This document shows, one piece after another, positions 27,884-37,919 of a DNA stretch of 64,000 bases (positions are counted from its first letter, which is position 1; each line of letters starts with the position of its first letter). Origin of the DNA: an uncultured archaeon. GTDB lineage: Archaea; Aenigmatarchaeota; Aenigmatarchaeia; QMZP01; JACQNV01. Position numbers and translations under genes: made by a program. Location: contig CAYPFW010000002.1 in assembly GCA_964410585.1 (NCBI GenBank), forward strand, positions 1 to 64,000, read 5' to 3'. The notes under the pieces were generated by a model. It did not search any database, was not told where the DNA came from, and worked only from the letters and a program-made list of their open reading frames with translations.

Positions 27884-29134
27884 TCAATCTGTTAACAGTT
27901 CAGGTTCTTCCAAATATTTTTTCACAACATTTGTGAACCTTGCTGCGTATGCACCATCCAAAACCCTATGATCAAAAGCAAGTGACACAGGCAACATTTT
28001 TCTAATAACAATTTGTCCATCTTTTACAACAGGCCTTTCATGTATTTTTCCAAGAGCCAAAATTCCAACCTCTGGCTGATTGATTATTGGTGTTGCGAAA
28101 AGGCCGCCAATTGAACCGACATTTGTGATTGTAAATGTTCCTCCTTTCAAATCCCCCAAATCAACCTTCCTTTCCCTTGTTTTTTGGGCAAGATCTTCTA
28201 TCTCCTTTGCCAGTTGGAAAATATTTTTCTGATCTGCAATTTTAACAACAGGCACAATCAGTCCTTCCTCTGTATCAACAGCCACCCCAATGTTGTAGTA
28301 TTTTTTCAAAACTATTTCCTCATGCTCTTCATCTAATGTGGAATTCATGTAAGGATGTTCTTTCAAACCAGCAACAACAGCCTTTACAATAAAAGTCATG
28401 AAGGTCACATGTATGCCTTGTTTCTGTCCTTCTTCTTTTTTCTTTCCCCTTATCTCCCACAGTTTTGTGACATCGATCATATCCATATGTGTCACATGAG
28501 GAGAAGTTCTCACAGAATCAACCATGTGCTTTGCTATACTCTTTCTTATACCCTTCAAAGGCACATGATCTATATAGCCATAAAAATCATATTTTTTTGT
28601 CAGCTTCAGTTCAGTTCTTTTTACAAATTCTGTCTGTTTTTCAGCTGCGCTTCTAACATCTTCTTCTGTTATCCTTCCATCTCTTCCTGTTCCTTTGACT
28701 TTTGAGATATCGATACTCAATTCCTTTGCAATTCTTCTTACAGCTGGCAGAGTCAAAACATGCTCTTCAACTTCTTTTGTAGAAGGAACAACTTTTATTG
28801 GCTGTTCTTCTTCTGGTGCTTCCTCCAACTCACCAACAACGCCAACTGATTTCCTTTCCTCAAATCTGATTTGCGGTTTAGATTCTTCTGTTTCGCCTTC
28901 TACAGAAATACTCACCAAAACCTCGCCAACTTTTATCGTATCTCCTTCTTTATGATGTAGTTTAGAAATAGTCCCTGATTTTGGGGAGGGGATTTCAACA
29001 ACGGCTTTGTCTGTTTCTATATCAGCTAATACTTGATCTTCCTTTACTTTGTCGCCTTCTTTCACTTTCCACTTTACCAATTCGCCTTCAGTGATACCTT
29101 CACCAACATCTGGAAATTTGAACTCAAAAATCAT
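27884..29134 (-). CDS. pdhC: 2-oxoacid (pyruvate) dehydrogenase E2, dihydrolipoamide acyltransferase
   Basis: Lipoyl ETDKA, E3-binding PAVRR...GTG.DGRIT, FDHRVLDGA. Confidence 0.96.
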   Translation of the reverse strand: MIFEFKFPDVGEGITEGELVKWKVKEGDKVKEDQVLADIETDKAVVEIPSPKSGTISKLHHKEGDTIKVGEVLVSISVEGETEESKPQIRFEERKSVGVVGELEEAPEEEQPIKVVPSTKEVEEHVLTLPAVRRIAKELSIDISKVKGTGRDGRITEEDVRSAAEKQTEFVKRTELKLTKKYDFYGYIDHVPLKGIRKSIAKHMVDSVRTSPHVTHMDMIDVTKLWEIRGKKKEEGQKQGIHVTFMTFIVKAVVAGLKEHPYMNSTLDEEHEEIVLKKYYNIGVAVDTEEGLIVPVVKIADQKNIFQLAKEIEDLAQKTRERKVDLGDLKGGTFTITNVGSIGGLFATPIINQPEVGILALGKIHERPVVKDGQIVIRKMLPVSLAFDHRVLDGAYAARFTNVVKKYLEEPELLTD

Positions 29135-29136
29135 AT

Positions 29137-30099
29137 CTAAAATTTCATCACATCTTTCACAGCTTTTTGTATTTTTTGTTTGTTTGGCAAATAATAATTT
29201 TCTAACTTGGCTAAAGGAATAACAGTATCCAAACCAGTAACTCTTTGCACAGGTGCTTTCAAATCAAGCAAGGCTTTTTCAACAAGCTGTGCAGAAAGCT
29301 CTGCGCCCAAACCACATGTCCTAGGCGCTTCGTGTACAATCACAGCCCGGCCTGTTTTTTTCACAGACTTCAAAATAGTGTCTATGTCAAATGGTTTTAA
29401 AGTCCTCAAATCAATAACTTCACAAGATTCTTCTGTTTCTGCTGCTGCAGATTGGCATTCTCTAACCATCGCACCCCAAGAAATTAGTGTGACATCTTTC
29501 CCTTCTTTTTTTATCTCAGCCTGCCCCAAAGGAATTGTATATTCTTTTTCAGGAACCTCTTCTTTTATTGCTCTGTATACTCTTTTAGGCTCCATGAAAA
29601 TGACAGGATCTTGATCTCTTATCGCAGAGATCAGCAAGCCCTTTGCGTCATAAGGAGTCGAGGGCATCACGACTTTTAATCCAGGAGTATGTATGAAATA
29701 AGTTTCAGGTGATTCTGAATGATGTTCTAAGGCCTTTATCCCACCAGAACAAGGAAACCTTAGAACCATCTGGCATCCAAACTTCCCTCTTGTCCTTGTC
29801 CTGATTCTTGAAGCATGTGAAATCAGTTGATCCAAAGCAGGATATGTAAACCCATCAAACTGTATCTCGCACACAGGCTTCATTCCGCCTAAAGCTAAAC
29901 CAATAGATGTCCCAACAATCCCAGATTCAGCCAAAGGCGTATCAAAAACTCTGTCTGGGTAAAGATCAAGAAGGCCCTCAGTCACTCTGAACACCCCACC
30001 ATCTACACCAATATCTTCACCTAACACTACAACTTTGGAATCTTTCTTCATTTCTTGTTTCAACGCAAGGTTAATTGCGTCTACCATGTTTAGTTTCAT
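29137..30099 (-). CDS. pdhB: Pyruvate dehydrogenase E1 beta subunit
   Basis: GED.G..GGVFRVT, DTPLAESGI, EHHSESPE. Confidence 0.96.
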   Translation of the reverse strand: MKLNMVDAINLALKQEMKKDSKVVVLGEDIGVDGGVFRVTEGLLDLYPDRVFDTPLAESGIVGTSIGLALGGMKPVCEIQFDGFTYPALDQLISHASRIRTRTRGKFGCQMVLRFPCSGGIKALEHHSESPETYFIHTPGLKVVMPSTPYDAKGLLISAIRDQDPVIFMEPKRVYRAIKEEVPEKEYTIPLGQAEIKKEGKDVTLISWGAMVRECQSAAAETEESCEVIDLRTLKPFDIDTILKSVKKTGRAVIVHEAPRTCGLGAELSAQLVEKALLDLKAPVQRVTGLDTVIPLAKLENYYLPNKQKIQKAVKDVMKF

Positions 30100-30542
30100 T
30101 TTAAATTCCAACCCCCATCGACCAAAAGATTATGACCTGTTATAAAATCAGAGTCTGATGATGACAAAAACAAAACAGCCTTTGCAATTTCTTCTGGCTG
30201 TCCAATTCTTTTCAAATAAGTATCCTCAAATTCAAGTTTCAAAAATTCTTTTCCCTCAGCAACTCCTGCATTGTTCACCAAAATATCAACTCTTTTGAAA
30301 TGTTTAATTGTCTGCTCAACAAGTTTTTTCACATCTTCTTCTTTTGAAACATCTGCTTTTACCAAAAGAGCTTCTTGTCCAAGCTTTTCAATCTGTCTAG
30401 CAACTTCCTTTGCTTCTTTTTCTGATTTGTTATAATTCACAACTACATCTGCCCCTTCTCTTGCAAATTCCAAAGCTATAGCTCTGCCTATTCCCCTCGA
30501 AGCTCCTGTTATTATTGCGACTTTATCGTCTAGTTTTCCCAT
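30096..30542 (-). pseudogene. FabG-like SDR with an in-frame internal deletion of the catalytic core
   Basis: TGASRGIG and NNAG run directly into RIGQPEEIA...ITG..L.VDGG; no YxxxK; only 148 aa. Confidence 0.8.
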
Positions 30543-30545
30543 AAT

Positions 30546-30989
30546 CTATTTTACCAAACTTCTTAATTTAGGATAAATTTTGTTCAAAAAAGCCAAAACC
30601 TTGTTTGCATATTCCGCATCAACTCTCTTTCCATAGTAGAGAATACCATTTCTGAAATATCGAAGGTTGTCGACAAAACTAACATCTATCTCTGTAAAAT
30701 CAATTTTCCTCATGTAAGAGACTTCTGCTTCATGCGCTCCTTGTCCATTACTTGAATAGCCATCTGAATACATCCTCGCTCTTATGAGAAACATCATTAT
30801 ATCGTAGCAATGCTCAGCATAGTCATTTGCATTTTCATCCTTTATCCCTATTTTTTCCACACTTTCTTTTAATGAGGACTCTTTTCTTTCAGCCTCTAGA
30901 GCAAGGCTTTTTGATCTCTGTATATCCGGAGTAATTTTCCTTGCGATTCCTTCCCTCAGGAATTCTTCAAACGATTTTAACCTCCTCAT
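30546..30989 (-). CDS. HEPN-like protein (putative toxin)
   Basis: GAHEAEVSY and LRYFRNGILYYG; coupled to the upstream MNT gene. Confidence 0.75.
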   Translation of the reverse strand: MRRLKSFEEFLREGIARKITPDIQRSKSLALEAERKESSLKESVEKIGIKDENANDYAEHCYDIMMFLIRARMYSDGYSSNGQGAHEAEVSYMRKIDFTEIDVSFVDNLRYFRNGILYYGKRVDAEYANKVLAFLNKIYPKLRSLVK

Positions 30990-31525
30990 AATTCAACCCC
31001 ACCATGGAATAGAATCCCGTTCAATATATTATTTTTCAAGTTTTTGTTTATGTCTTTCCATGAAGTGTAAAAGTTCACATTTATTTTCCTGTTTAAGATT
31101 TTTTCATATTTCTCGAGTTCAAGTATTTTCTCTTTTCTTTCTATCACAGCTACGTCTATATCAGACGTTGTTGTGTCTTCGCCCCTTGAGTAGCTTCCAA
31201 ACAAAATTATTGTGCCTCCCGGAAGCTGGTTTTCTAAATAATCTGAAAGCCCAGACACATATATATTTTTGAGGTTTTCTACTCTTTTCAGTTCAGTTGT
31301 TCTTTTATCTGTACCGTTCAAGCAAATGAAATTTATTGTTTTTGTTTTCTCTATTCTGACCAAATTTTCAGCCCTCAGTTTTTCTAAGGAATTAGCAACA
31401 GCTGTCGGTGATACTCTCAACGCCTTTGCTATATCCCTTTGGCTCATTTTCTCCCCAGATTTTAGGCATAATAGGGAAAAAACCTCTTGCTCTAGTGTAG
31501 TAAAGTTAAGTTTACATATGTCCAT
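30986..31525 (-). CDS. HTH-fused minimal nucleotidyltransferase (MNT antitoxin)
   Basis: SQRDIAKALRVSPTAV HTH; LFGSYSRGED...SDIDVAV. Confidence 0.88.
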   Translation of the reverse strand: MDICKLNFTTLEQEVFSLLCLKSGEKMSQRDIAKALRVSPTAVANSLEKLRAENLVRIEKTKTINFICLNGTDKRTTELKRVENLKNIYVSGLSDYLENQLPGGTIILFGSYSRGEDTTTSDIDVAVIERKEKILELEKYEKILNRKINVNFYTSWKDINKNLKNNILNGILFHGGVEL

Positions 31526-31590
31526 ATAAGTTTATATATGTAAAGTTAAGTTTATAAGTGTTATAGTTAATTTATCGTCTATTGGCCATA

Positions 31591-31962
31591 TCAAGTCTTG
31601 ATTAGATTCTCCTTAAGCTGTTCACAGCTATGATGAAAATATGTGCATAATCCATCGTTATTTAATTCAATTAAATATGTTCCAGAAAAAAATTTTAAAA
31701 CATTTTCTCTATTTTGATATTGCAACCTCCAAATAACAGAATGCTTGTTTTTAGACGAGGAGAAGATTTCTAAATCTAGAACAACATTTTTCTGATTATT
31801 TATTTCTTTCCACTGTTTACTCAATTTTTCGAAATTATCCAGTTTTACGAAAGGGGTTTCGTAATATATAACATTTTTATCAAACAGGCTCAAAACACCA
31901 TCTATATTATGGTTTTGCCAGTTTTCTTTAAATCTTTTTAACCACAAACCAATTTTGTCCAT
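31591..31962 (-). CDS. NTF2/SnoaL-like protein
   Basis: W...NID..LSLF.....Y.ETPF; C-terminal G.C..F. Confidence 0.8.
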   Translation of the reverse strand: MDKIGLWLKRFKENWQNHNIDGVLSLFDKNVIYYETPFVKLDNFEKLSKQWKEINNQKNVVLDLEIFSSSKNKHSVIWRLQYQNRENVLKFFSGTYLIELNNDGLCTYFHHSCEQLKENLIKT

Positions 31963-32021
31963 ATCAATCAGTTTTCAATTCCTTTGATCCTTCCCTTCAA
32001 TTCAAATTTTATTTTTCCTCA

Positions 32022-33113
32022 CTATTTCTCCCCATCTTTCAGTGAATTCATTTGTTCCTTCAAAAACCAAGGCATCTGTTTGTATGTGTATTTGAAAATA
32101 TCCTCGAGCTCTGGTGGTTTTATTGATTCAACTTTTTTCACAGCGTCCTCAATTTGTTTTTGCAACTCTACCAAAAGTTTTTCCTCATCCTTCGCAGACC
32201 AAAATCCTTTTGAGATCATATAGTTTTTCAACCTGTCTATTGGATCTCTTTTTTTCCATTCTTCCACTTCCTGCGCATCCCTATACTTTCCAGCATCGTC
32301 TGCTGTTGTGTGGTCGCTCATTCTGTATGTATAGCATTCAATCAAAGTCGGCCCTCCGCCTGTTCCTGCTTTTTCAACAGCAGTTTTTGTTGCTTTGTAT
32401 ACAGCAAAAACATCGTTTCCATCAACTTGTATTCCATCAAAACCATATGCAATTGCTTTCTGAGCTAAGCTAGAAGATCCTGTCTGCTTTTCCCTTGGAA
32501 CAGAAATTGCAAATTGATTGTTTTGGCAAACAAAAACAACAGGAAGTTTGAAAACTCCTGCAAAATTCATCGCTTCATGAAAATCTCCTTCTGAAGTTGC
32601 ACCATCGCCAAAATAAACCATTGAAACTGTATTTTTTTTCTGGATTTTTTGTGACCACGCAAAACCAGCAGCATGCAAACACTGTGTGGATACAGGAACA
32701 GAAGCAGGAAAAACATTCACGCCATCTGGAAAACTGTCACCTCTTTCATCCCATCCATAGTAAAGGATAATATTTTCTAAAGGCACACCTCTCAAAAGAG
32801 CAGCTGCATTTTCCCTAAAAGATTGGAACATCCAATCATCTTTTTCCAAAGCATATGCTGAGGCCACTTGAGCTTCCTGTCCTTTTATCGAAGCAAATGT
32901 CCCAAGCCTTCCTTGCCTCTGTAGAGAAAGCATTTTCTCATCAGCAAGCCTCCCAAGAACCATGTATTTGTATATTTTTTTCAAATCATCTGGAGAAAGG
33001 TTTGGCATTTCTCCATGCACCTTTCCATTTTCATCTAGAATTTGTAGACTTTTTACAATAAAGGTGGTAAATGTGTTCCACTCTGTTTTTGGTTTTCTAT
33101 TGTATTTCCCCAT
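32022..33113 (-). CDS. pdhA: Pyruvate dehydrogenase E1 alpha subunit
   Basis: LQRQGR, GDGATSEGDFHEAMNFA, NNQFAIS, HTTADD. Confidence 0.96.
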   Translation of the reverse strand: MGKYNRKPKTEWNTFTTFIVKSLQILDENGKVHGEMPNLSPDDLKKIYKYMVLGRLADEKMLSLQRQGRLGTFASIKGQEAQVASAYALEKDDWMFQSFRENAAALLRGVPLENIILYYGWDERGDSFPDGVNVFPASVPVSTQCLHAAGFAWSQKIQKKNTVSMVYFGDGATSEGDFHEAMNFAGVFKLPVVFVCQNNQFAISVPREKQTGSSSLAQKAIAYGFDGIQVDGNDVFAVYKATKTAVEKAGTGGGPTLIECYTYRMSDHTTADDAGKYRDAQEVEEWKKRDPIDRLKNYMISKGFWSAKDEEKLLVELQKQIEDAVKKVESIKPPELEDIFKYTYKQMPWFLKEQMNSLKDGEK

Positions 33114-33173
33114 TTTGCCCCCTATTTATAGTATTATTGCTGTTTCTATTAAAATATCATTAGAAAGAGAATA

Positions 33174-33449
33174 CTACTTACCGAGAGCCCATTTCTTCAA
33201 TTGATCATATGAAGCAAATCCACAAATAAATTTTCCTGTTTTTTTGTTGTAGAAAAAAGGCACTCCACCACATTTTCCCTGGTCATATTTTTGCAGAAGT
33301 TTTGCATTTTCCATGTTGTGCCAAACTTCGATTTTTACAATCTTTATTTTCTCTTCTTTTTCCAGTTTTTCAATATCAGGAGCCATTTGAATACAAAAAT
33401 GGCACTCTGTTCCGTAGAATTCTAGCAAGTCGCCTTGGTCATCTATCAT
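33174..33449 (-). CDS. Thioredoxin/glutaredoxin-like protein
   Basis: FYGTECHFC, CGGVPFF. Confidence 0.88.
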   Translation of the reverse strand: MIDDQGDLLEFYGTECHFCIQMAPDIEKLEKEEKIKIVKIEVWHNMENAKLLQKYDQGKCGGVPFFYNKKTGKFICGFASYDQLKKWALGK

Positions 33450-33500
33450 AGTAACCAAAAATATTTATTTCTTAACATTATATTTGTTAAATTGGTTTAT

Positions 33501-33713
33501 ATGGAAACAAAACCGCATATAGTAATCTTTCGTGGAAGACCACTCTTTTACTTAGATGTGATTCATCAAGAGCGAGGATATCAGGGAAATCCAACAAAAC
33601 AAAGAGCGCAAGCATTAGCAACTGCAATAGGGATAGCAAATAGTATATACACCAATGGAATTAGCGGCAAACCACTGATTTATCAACGTGGCTTTTCTGA
33701 TGAAGGGATTTAG
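33501..33713 (+). CDS. Hypothetical protein
   Basis: Short ORF from ATG 33501. Confidence 0.5.
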   Translation: METKPHIVIFRGRPLFYLDVIHQERGYQGNPTKQRAQALATAIGIANSIYTNGISGKPLIYQRGFSDEGI

Positions 33714-33721
33714 AAGATGAG

Positions 33722-34072
33722 ATGACAAATGAGCTTGGATTAGCTGACATAGATTTTGGGGTGCTAGATTTTGAATTTCCAGATGCAAATTCATTTCAAC
33801 CAGAACCTTATGATTCCTCCCCAGAAAGACATCAAGAAGACCTCATACCAATATTTCCAATAGATGTTGGGGAAGGTGTTGGGTTTCATCCAATTGTTAC
33901 AGAAACTCTTGATAGTCTTCCAACAACTCCTGAAAGATATCTTCTTCCAGAAACAGTACAACCGCTTGCTATAGCAAGTAGACCCTTAGAAGTTTGTCAC
34001 CAACTAGAGCCGCTTTTCAAAGGTGGTGAGAGAAGTCCGATAACAGAAATGATAAGAACATCTGTAGAGTAG
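33722..34072 (+). CDS. Acidic, Pro-rich hypothetical protein
   Basis: 116-aa ORF. Confidence 0.55.
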   Translation: MTNELGLADIDFGVLDFEFPDANSFQPEPYDSSPERHQEDLIPIFPIDVGEGVGFHPIVTETLDSLPTTPERYLLPETVQPLAIASRPLEVCHQLEPLFKGGERSPITEMIRTSVE

Positions 34073-34160
34073 CCACAGCTGTTTTGAGATTAGAAAAAGA
34101 GGGAAGATTTTATTATGAAGTTATGGAAGGAGAAGGGAAGCCTGTGAGGTTCTCTGAATT

Positions 34161-34262
34161 TTAATCCTCAAATCCCTCAATAAAATTTTTCACTAAGGTT
34201 CCTAAGTCATCTGAATATCCGCCCTCTAAAACAAAAAAAGTCGAAAGATTTAAGTTTTTCTT
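34161..34262 (-). pseudogene. Orphan 3' end of a histone deacetylase-family gene
   Basis: Translates to KKNLNLSTFFVLEGGYSDDLGTLVKNFIEGFED*, containing the HDAC LEGGY motif, same strand as the HDAC gene at 35594..36550. Confidence 0.85.
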
Positions 34263-34314
34263 CGTGTACCATATCCATAGTAAACTATATAAATTTAAAA
34301 AGATAAATATAATT

Positions 34315-35637
34315 ATGATCGGTTTAAAAAAACTTCCTAAGGACGCTTACATAAAATTTGCCGGTTTTGAATATGATGATAAAAGAAGGATAGCAAAGGT
34401 GACGGAAAACTATGAATTTCTTAAAGACCTTATAAAAGACTTTTTGAGAAACTCAAAAGACGTTGCATCCGATTGTAAAAATATGGGGATACCCAGAGCT
34501 CTACCATATAAAATACTAAAATGGAAAAGAAAAATAAGACTCGAGTATTTATTAAAAATCTGCAACTATCTTCAAAGGAAAGAAGTGAGCAAATATACAG
34601 TAGAATTCTTGGAGAATAATATTTATTCGATAAGCTCAAATATTGGAGGTGAGATAATCCCATATATTAAAAAAGCGGACTATCTGGAAAGACGTTTCCC
34701 ATTTGATATTGAGAGCAAAGAAGCTATTATCTGTCTGACCTTCCCCATAGGAGATGGATACATACATAGAGATTACGAAAATCACGTCAGGCTGGGATAT
34801 ACAAATTCAAATATAGATTTACATGAAAAAGTTATAAGGTGTGTATGCGATACATTCGGACAAGTAAGCTATTCTAGGAGGCCCATAGCCGGTGGGTACG
34901 AAACTTTTTTCACGGGCATATTAGGAAAAATATATGTAGATTCTTTGGGATTTATATGTGGAAATAAACTGAGACACGATTTCGGACTACCAAAAATTCT
35001 TTTGGATTTATGTAAAAATAAAGAGTTTGTAGGCCCATTTATTTCACAGTTGATAGACGATGAAGGGAGTTTTGGACTCGGTGGCCTGTATATAACCATG
35101 TCGGCAGGAGACAAATCTGCGAGCAAATCCAAACACAAAAATATAAGTAAGGACAATTTAGATCCTCCAGCCGTATTAAAACAAACTAAAAGCATTTTAA
35201 ATAAAATTGGAATAGATGCCAAGTTCAGGAAACCAAGCCAGAATTTTGATAGGGGAAAAAATGTATGGAAACTGATTCACAATCTTAATGTCGTAAACCT
35301 AGATGACCTTCTTACACTTTATTTAATTTTAGATATTAAAAGACTGCCACTGAAAAACAAAATACATACAAGACTCAAATTCTATAGTAAAATAATTAGA
35401 ATATTGTATGAGATAGAGGATGGTGTGGGGCATTTTACTATAGGAGATATTGCAGAAAGGCTTAATGTTTCTCAGGTTTCTGCAAAAAATTACTACCAAA
35501 CTTTAAAAAGAGCCAATTTTGTGAAGCTTGTAAAGAGACATTATTATCTGCATGAAAATGGGGGCCATAAATTTGTACCAAGTGGATACAAGCTTACAAT
35601 ACCCAGTGATCTGAAAGAACTCCTTTTATCTTTCTGA
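34315..35637 (+). CDS. Free-standing double-motif LAGLIDADG endonuclease with flanking HTH-like domains
   Basis: LTFPIGDGYI...YTNSN and ISQLIDDEGSF; C-terminal FTIGDIAERLNVS wHTH. Confidence 0.8.
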   Translation: MIGLKKLPKDAYIKFAGFEYDDKRRIAKVTENYEFLKDLIKDFLRNSKDVASDCKNMGIPRALPYKILKWKRKIRLEYLLKICNYLQRKEVSKYTVEFLENNIYSISSNIGGEIIPYIKKADYLERRFPFDIESKEAIICLTFPIGDGYIHRDYENHVRLGYTNSNIDLHEKVIRCVCDTFGQVSYSRRPIAGGYETFFTGILGKIYVDSLGFICGNKLRHDFGLPKILLDLCKNKEFVGPFISQLIDDEGSFGLGGLYITMSAGDKSASKSKHKNISKDNLDPPAVLKQTKSILNKIGIDAKFRKPSQNFDRGKNVWKLIHNLNVVNLDDLLTLYLILDIKRLPLKNKIHTRLKFYSKIIRILYEIEDGVGHFTIGDIAERLNVSQVSAKNYYQTLKRANFVKLVKRHYYLHENGGHKFVPSGYKLTIPSDLKELLLSF

Positions 35638-36550
35638 GCCTCTCTTGATACTGGGTCCAAACAGAAATTTCAGACTTTCTGATCTCTTCAAAGGTCGGAT
35701 TGGACCTTTTTTCTAATCCATCAAAAAAAGAAACCGCACATTTTGGAAGCCAATCTAAATTATAACCACCTTCCAACACACCAAATATTCTGGGAAACTT
35801 GTTGGCCACTAACCTTCCAATTTCATAGTATGTATTTGTTGAAATATTCATCTGGGTAATTGGATCCGACCAATGGGCATCAAAACCAGCAGAAAGGGCC
35901 ACAAGATTGGGTTTGAACTGATCCAATATCTGAAGAATTTTATTAAATGAATCAAAGTATATGTCATCCCCAGTGTTAAGCGGCAACGGAAAGTTGATAT
36001 TAAATCCTTCCCCCCTCCCTTCACCTATTTCATCTACCCATCCTGTTCCGGGGTATGAAGGATACTGATGGAGAGAAATGTATAAAACATTAGGATTTGA
36101 ATAAAAGATATCAGAAGTCCCATCGCCACAATGATTGTCGAAATCAATTATAGCAATCTTCTCATATTTAGGGAGAATTTTTGCAACTGCAATAGCCAAA
36201 TTGTTGAAATAGCAAAATCCGCCGACAGCCTGTTTTTTTGCATGGTGTCCTGGAGGCCTAGACAAAGAAAAACCAAGCACCTGTGCAGCCTTTATCGCAG
36301 AACCAGCAGACACAAGAGGATATTTTATATCAATAACAGGTGTATCCCAGTCAAAATATTTCCCTTCTCTAACATTTTTCCAGTGTTCTTTTGTATGGAC
36401 TTTTTCTATATCGCCCTCTGTTACCTTTTCCGGTTTGAGGAATTGGTGATTGTTTTTCAGAGATTCGTATATTCTTTCAACTCTAGAAGGTGATTCAGGA
36501 TGTCCTGATTTTGAATATTCTAAACAAATTGGATCATAGATGATTTTCAT
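35594..36550 (-). CDS. Histone deacetylase family protein
   Basis: HPESP.R, RPPGHHA, GFCYFNN, DFDNH.GDGT, SAGFDAH, LEGGY. Confidence 0.95.
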   Translation of the reverse strand: MKIIYDPICLEYSKSGHPESPSRVERIYESLKNNHQFLKPEKVTEGDIEKVHTKEHWKNVREGKYFDWDTPVIDIKYPLVSAGSAIKAAQVLGFSLSRPPGHHAKKQAVGGFCYFNNLAIAVAKILPKYEKIAIIDFDNHCGDGTSDIFYSNPNVLYISLHQYPSYPGTGWVDEIGEGRGEGFNINFPLPLNTGDDIYFDSFNKILQILDQFKPNLVALSAGFDAHWSDPITQMNISTNTYYEIGRLVANKFPRIFGVLEGGYNLDWLPKCAVSFFDGLEKRSNPTFEEIRKSEISVWTQYQERLRKIKGVLSDHWVL

Positions 36551-36638
36551 ATTTACTTATTTTTTCTTTAGGAAAGAAAAAGCCACCGTACCAAAAAGAA
36601 ACTACTATTCATATATACTTCTGATCAAAATAATAGAT

Positions 36639-37919
36639 ATGTTGGACATAAGGCTCATTAGGGAAAATCCAAAAGAGGTCCGCGAAAACCTTAAGAGAAG
36701 GAAAAATCCAGAGATTCTGAAATATTTAGACGAAGTTATAGCAAAAGACGAAGAATACAGAAAAATCCTCAAAACAATGGAAGAGCTCCGCCACAAAAGA
36801 AATGATGTTGGTTTGAAAATTGCAGAACTAAAAAAGAAAAAACAAAATGTAGACACCCTTGTCAAAGATATGCAAAAAGTTGGAAAAGATATAGATGAAT
36901 ACACAAAAAAAGTTGATGAGTTAAAAGATGAAATTAAACTGATTCTAATGTCAATACCAAATCTTCTACATGAATCTGTGCCATATGGAAAAGATGATTC
37001 AGAAAATGTTGAAGTAAAAAAAATCGGCGAAAAACCAAAATTCAACTTTGAACCAAAAAACCATTTTGATCTTCTTGTAAATTTAGGTTTAATTGAACAG
37101 GAAAAAGCAAACAAGGTCTCTGGCCACGGTTTTTTCTATTTGAAAAATCAGCTTGCTATACTCGATTTAGCTCTCCAAAGATTTGGCATAGATCATCTTT
37201 TGAAAAAAGGTTTTACTTTGATCGAACCACCTTTGATGCTTACAAGAAAAGCATATGAAGGCGTCACTGACCTCAAAGATTTTGAAAATGTGATGTACAA
37301 AATTGAAAATGAGGACTTATACATGATTGCAACAGCCGAACATCCTATAGCCTCGATGTTTATGGATGATGTTGTGAATTTGGATGATCTTCCTTTGAAG
37401 TTTGTCGGTGTCTCACCTTGTTTTAGAAAAGAAGTTGGAGCCCACGGAAAATATACAAAAGGCTTGTTCAGGATGCACCAATTCAACAAGGTCGAACAGT
37501 TTGTTTTTTGCCACCCAAATGAGTCTTGGAAAATACACGAAGAGCTCCAAAAAAACACAGAGGAAATTTTCTCAGCTTTGGAAATCCCTTTCAGGGTTGT
37601 AAACATTTGCACAGGCGACATAGGAATAATTGCCTCAAAAAAATATGATGTCGAAGGTTTGATGGCAGATGGTGTATATAGAGAACTTGCATCAAACTCA
37701 AACTGCACAGATTACCAAGCAAGAAGGCTCAATATTCGTTTTAGGGAAAAAGAAGGCCAAGCACCTTCTGGTTTTGTGCACACTTTGAACAACACAGCTA
37801 TAGCAACCTCACGTGCAATGGTTTTGCTTTTAGAAAATCATCAAAGAACAGACGGGTCTATCAAAATACCAAAAGCTCTTGTTCCATATACTGGTTTTAA
37901 GGAAATTGTCAAGAAATAA
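36639..37919 (+). CDS. serS: Serine--tRNA ligase
   Basis: MLDIRLIREN, coiled arm, ATAEHP, FRKE.G, R.HQF.KVEQF, SNCTDYQARR, HTLN. Confidence 0.97.
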   Translation: MLDIRLIRENPKEVRENLKRRKNPEILKYLDEVIAKDEEYRKILKTMEELRHKRNDVGLKIAELKKKKQNVDTLVKDMQKVGKDIDEYTKKVDELKDEIKLILMSIPNLLHESVPYGKDDSENVEVKKIGEKPKFNFEPKNHFDLLVNLGLIEQEKANKVSGHGFFYLKNQLAILDLALQRFGIDHLLKKGFTLIEPPLMLTRKAYEGVTDLKDFENVMYKIENEDLYMIATAEHPIASMFMDDVVNLDDLPLKFVGVSPCFRKEVGAHGKYTKGLFRMHQFNKVEQFVFCHPNESWKIHEELQKNTEEIFSALEIPFRVVNICTGDIGIIASKKYDVEGLMADGVYRELASNSNCTDYQARRLNIRFREKEGQAPSGFVHTLNNTAIATSRAMVLLLENHQRTDGSIKIPKALVPYTGFKEIVKK

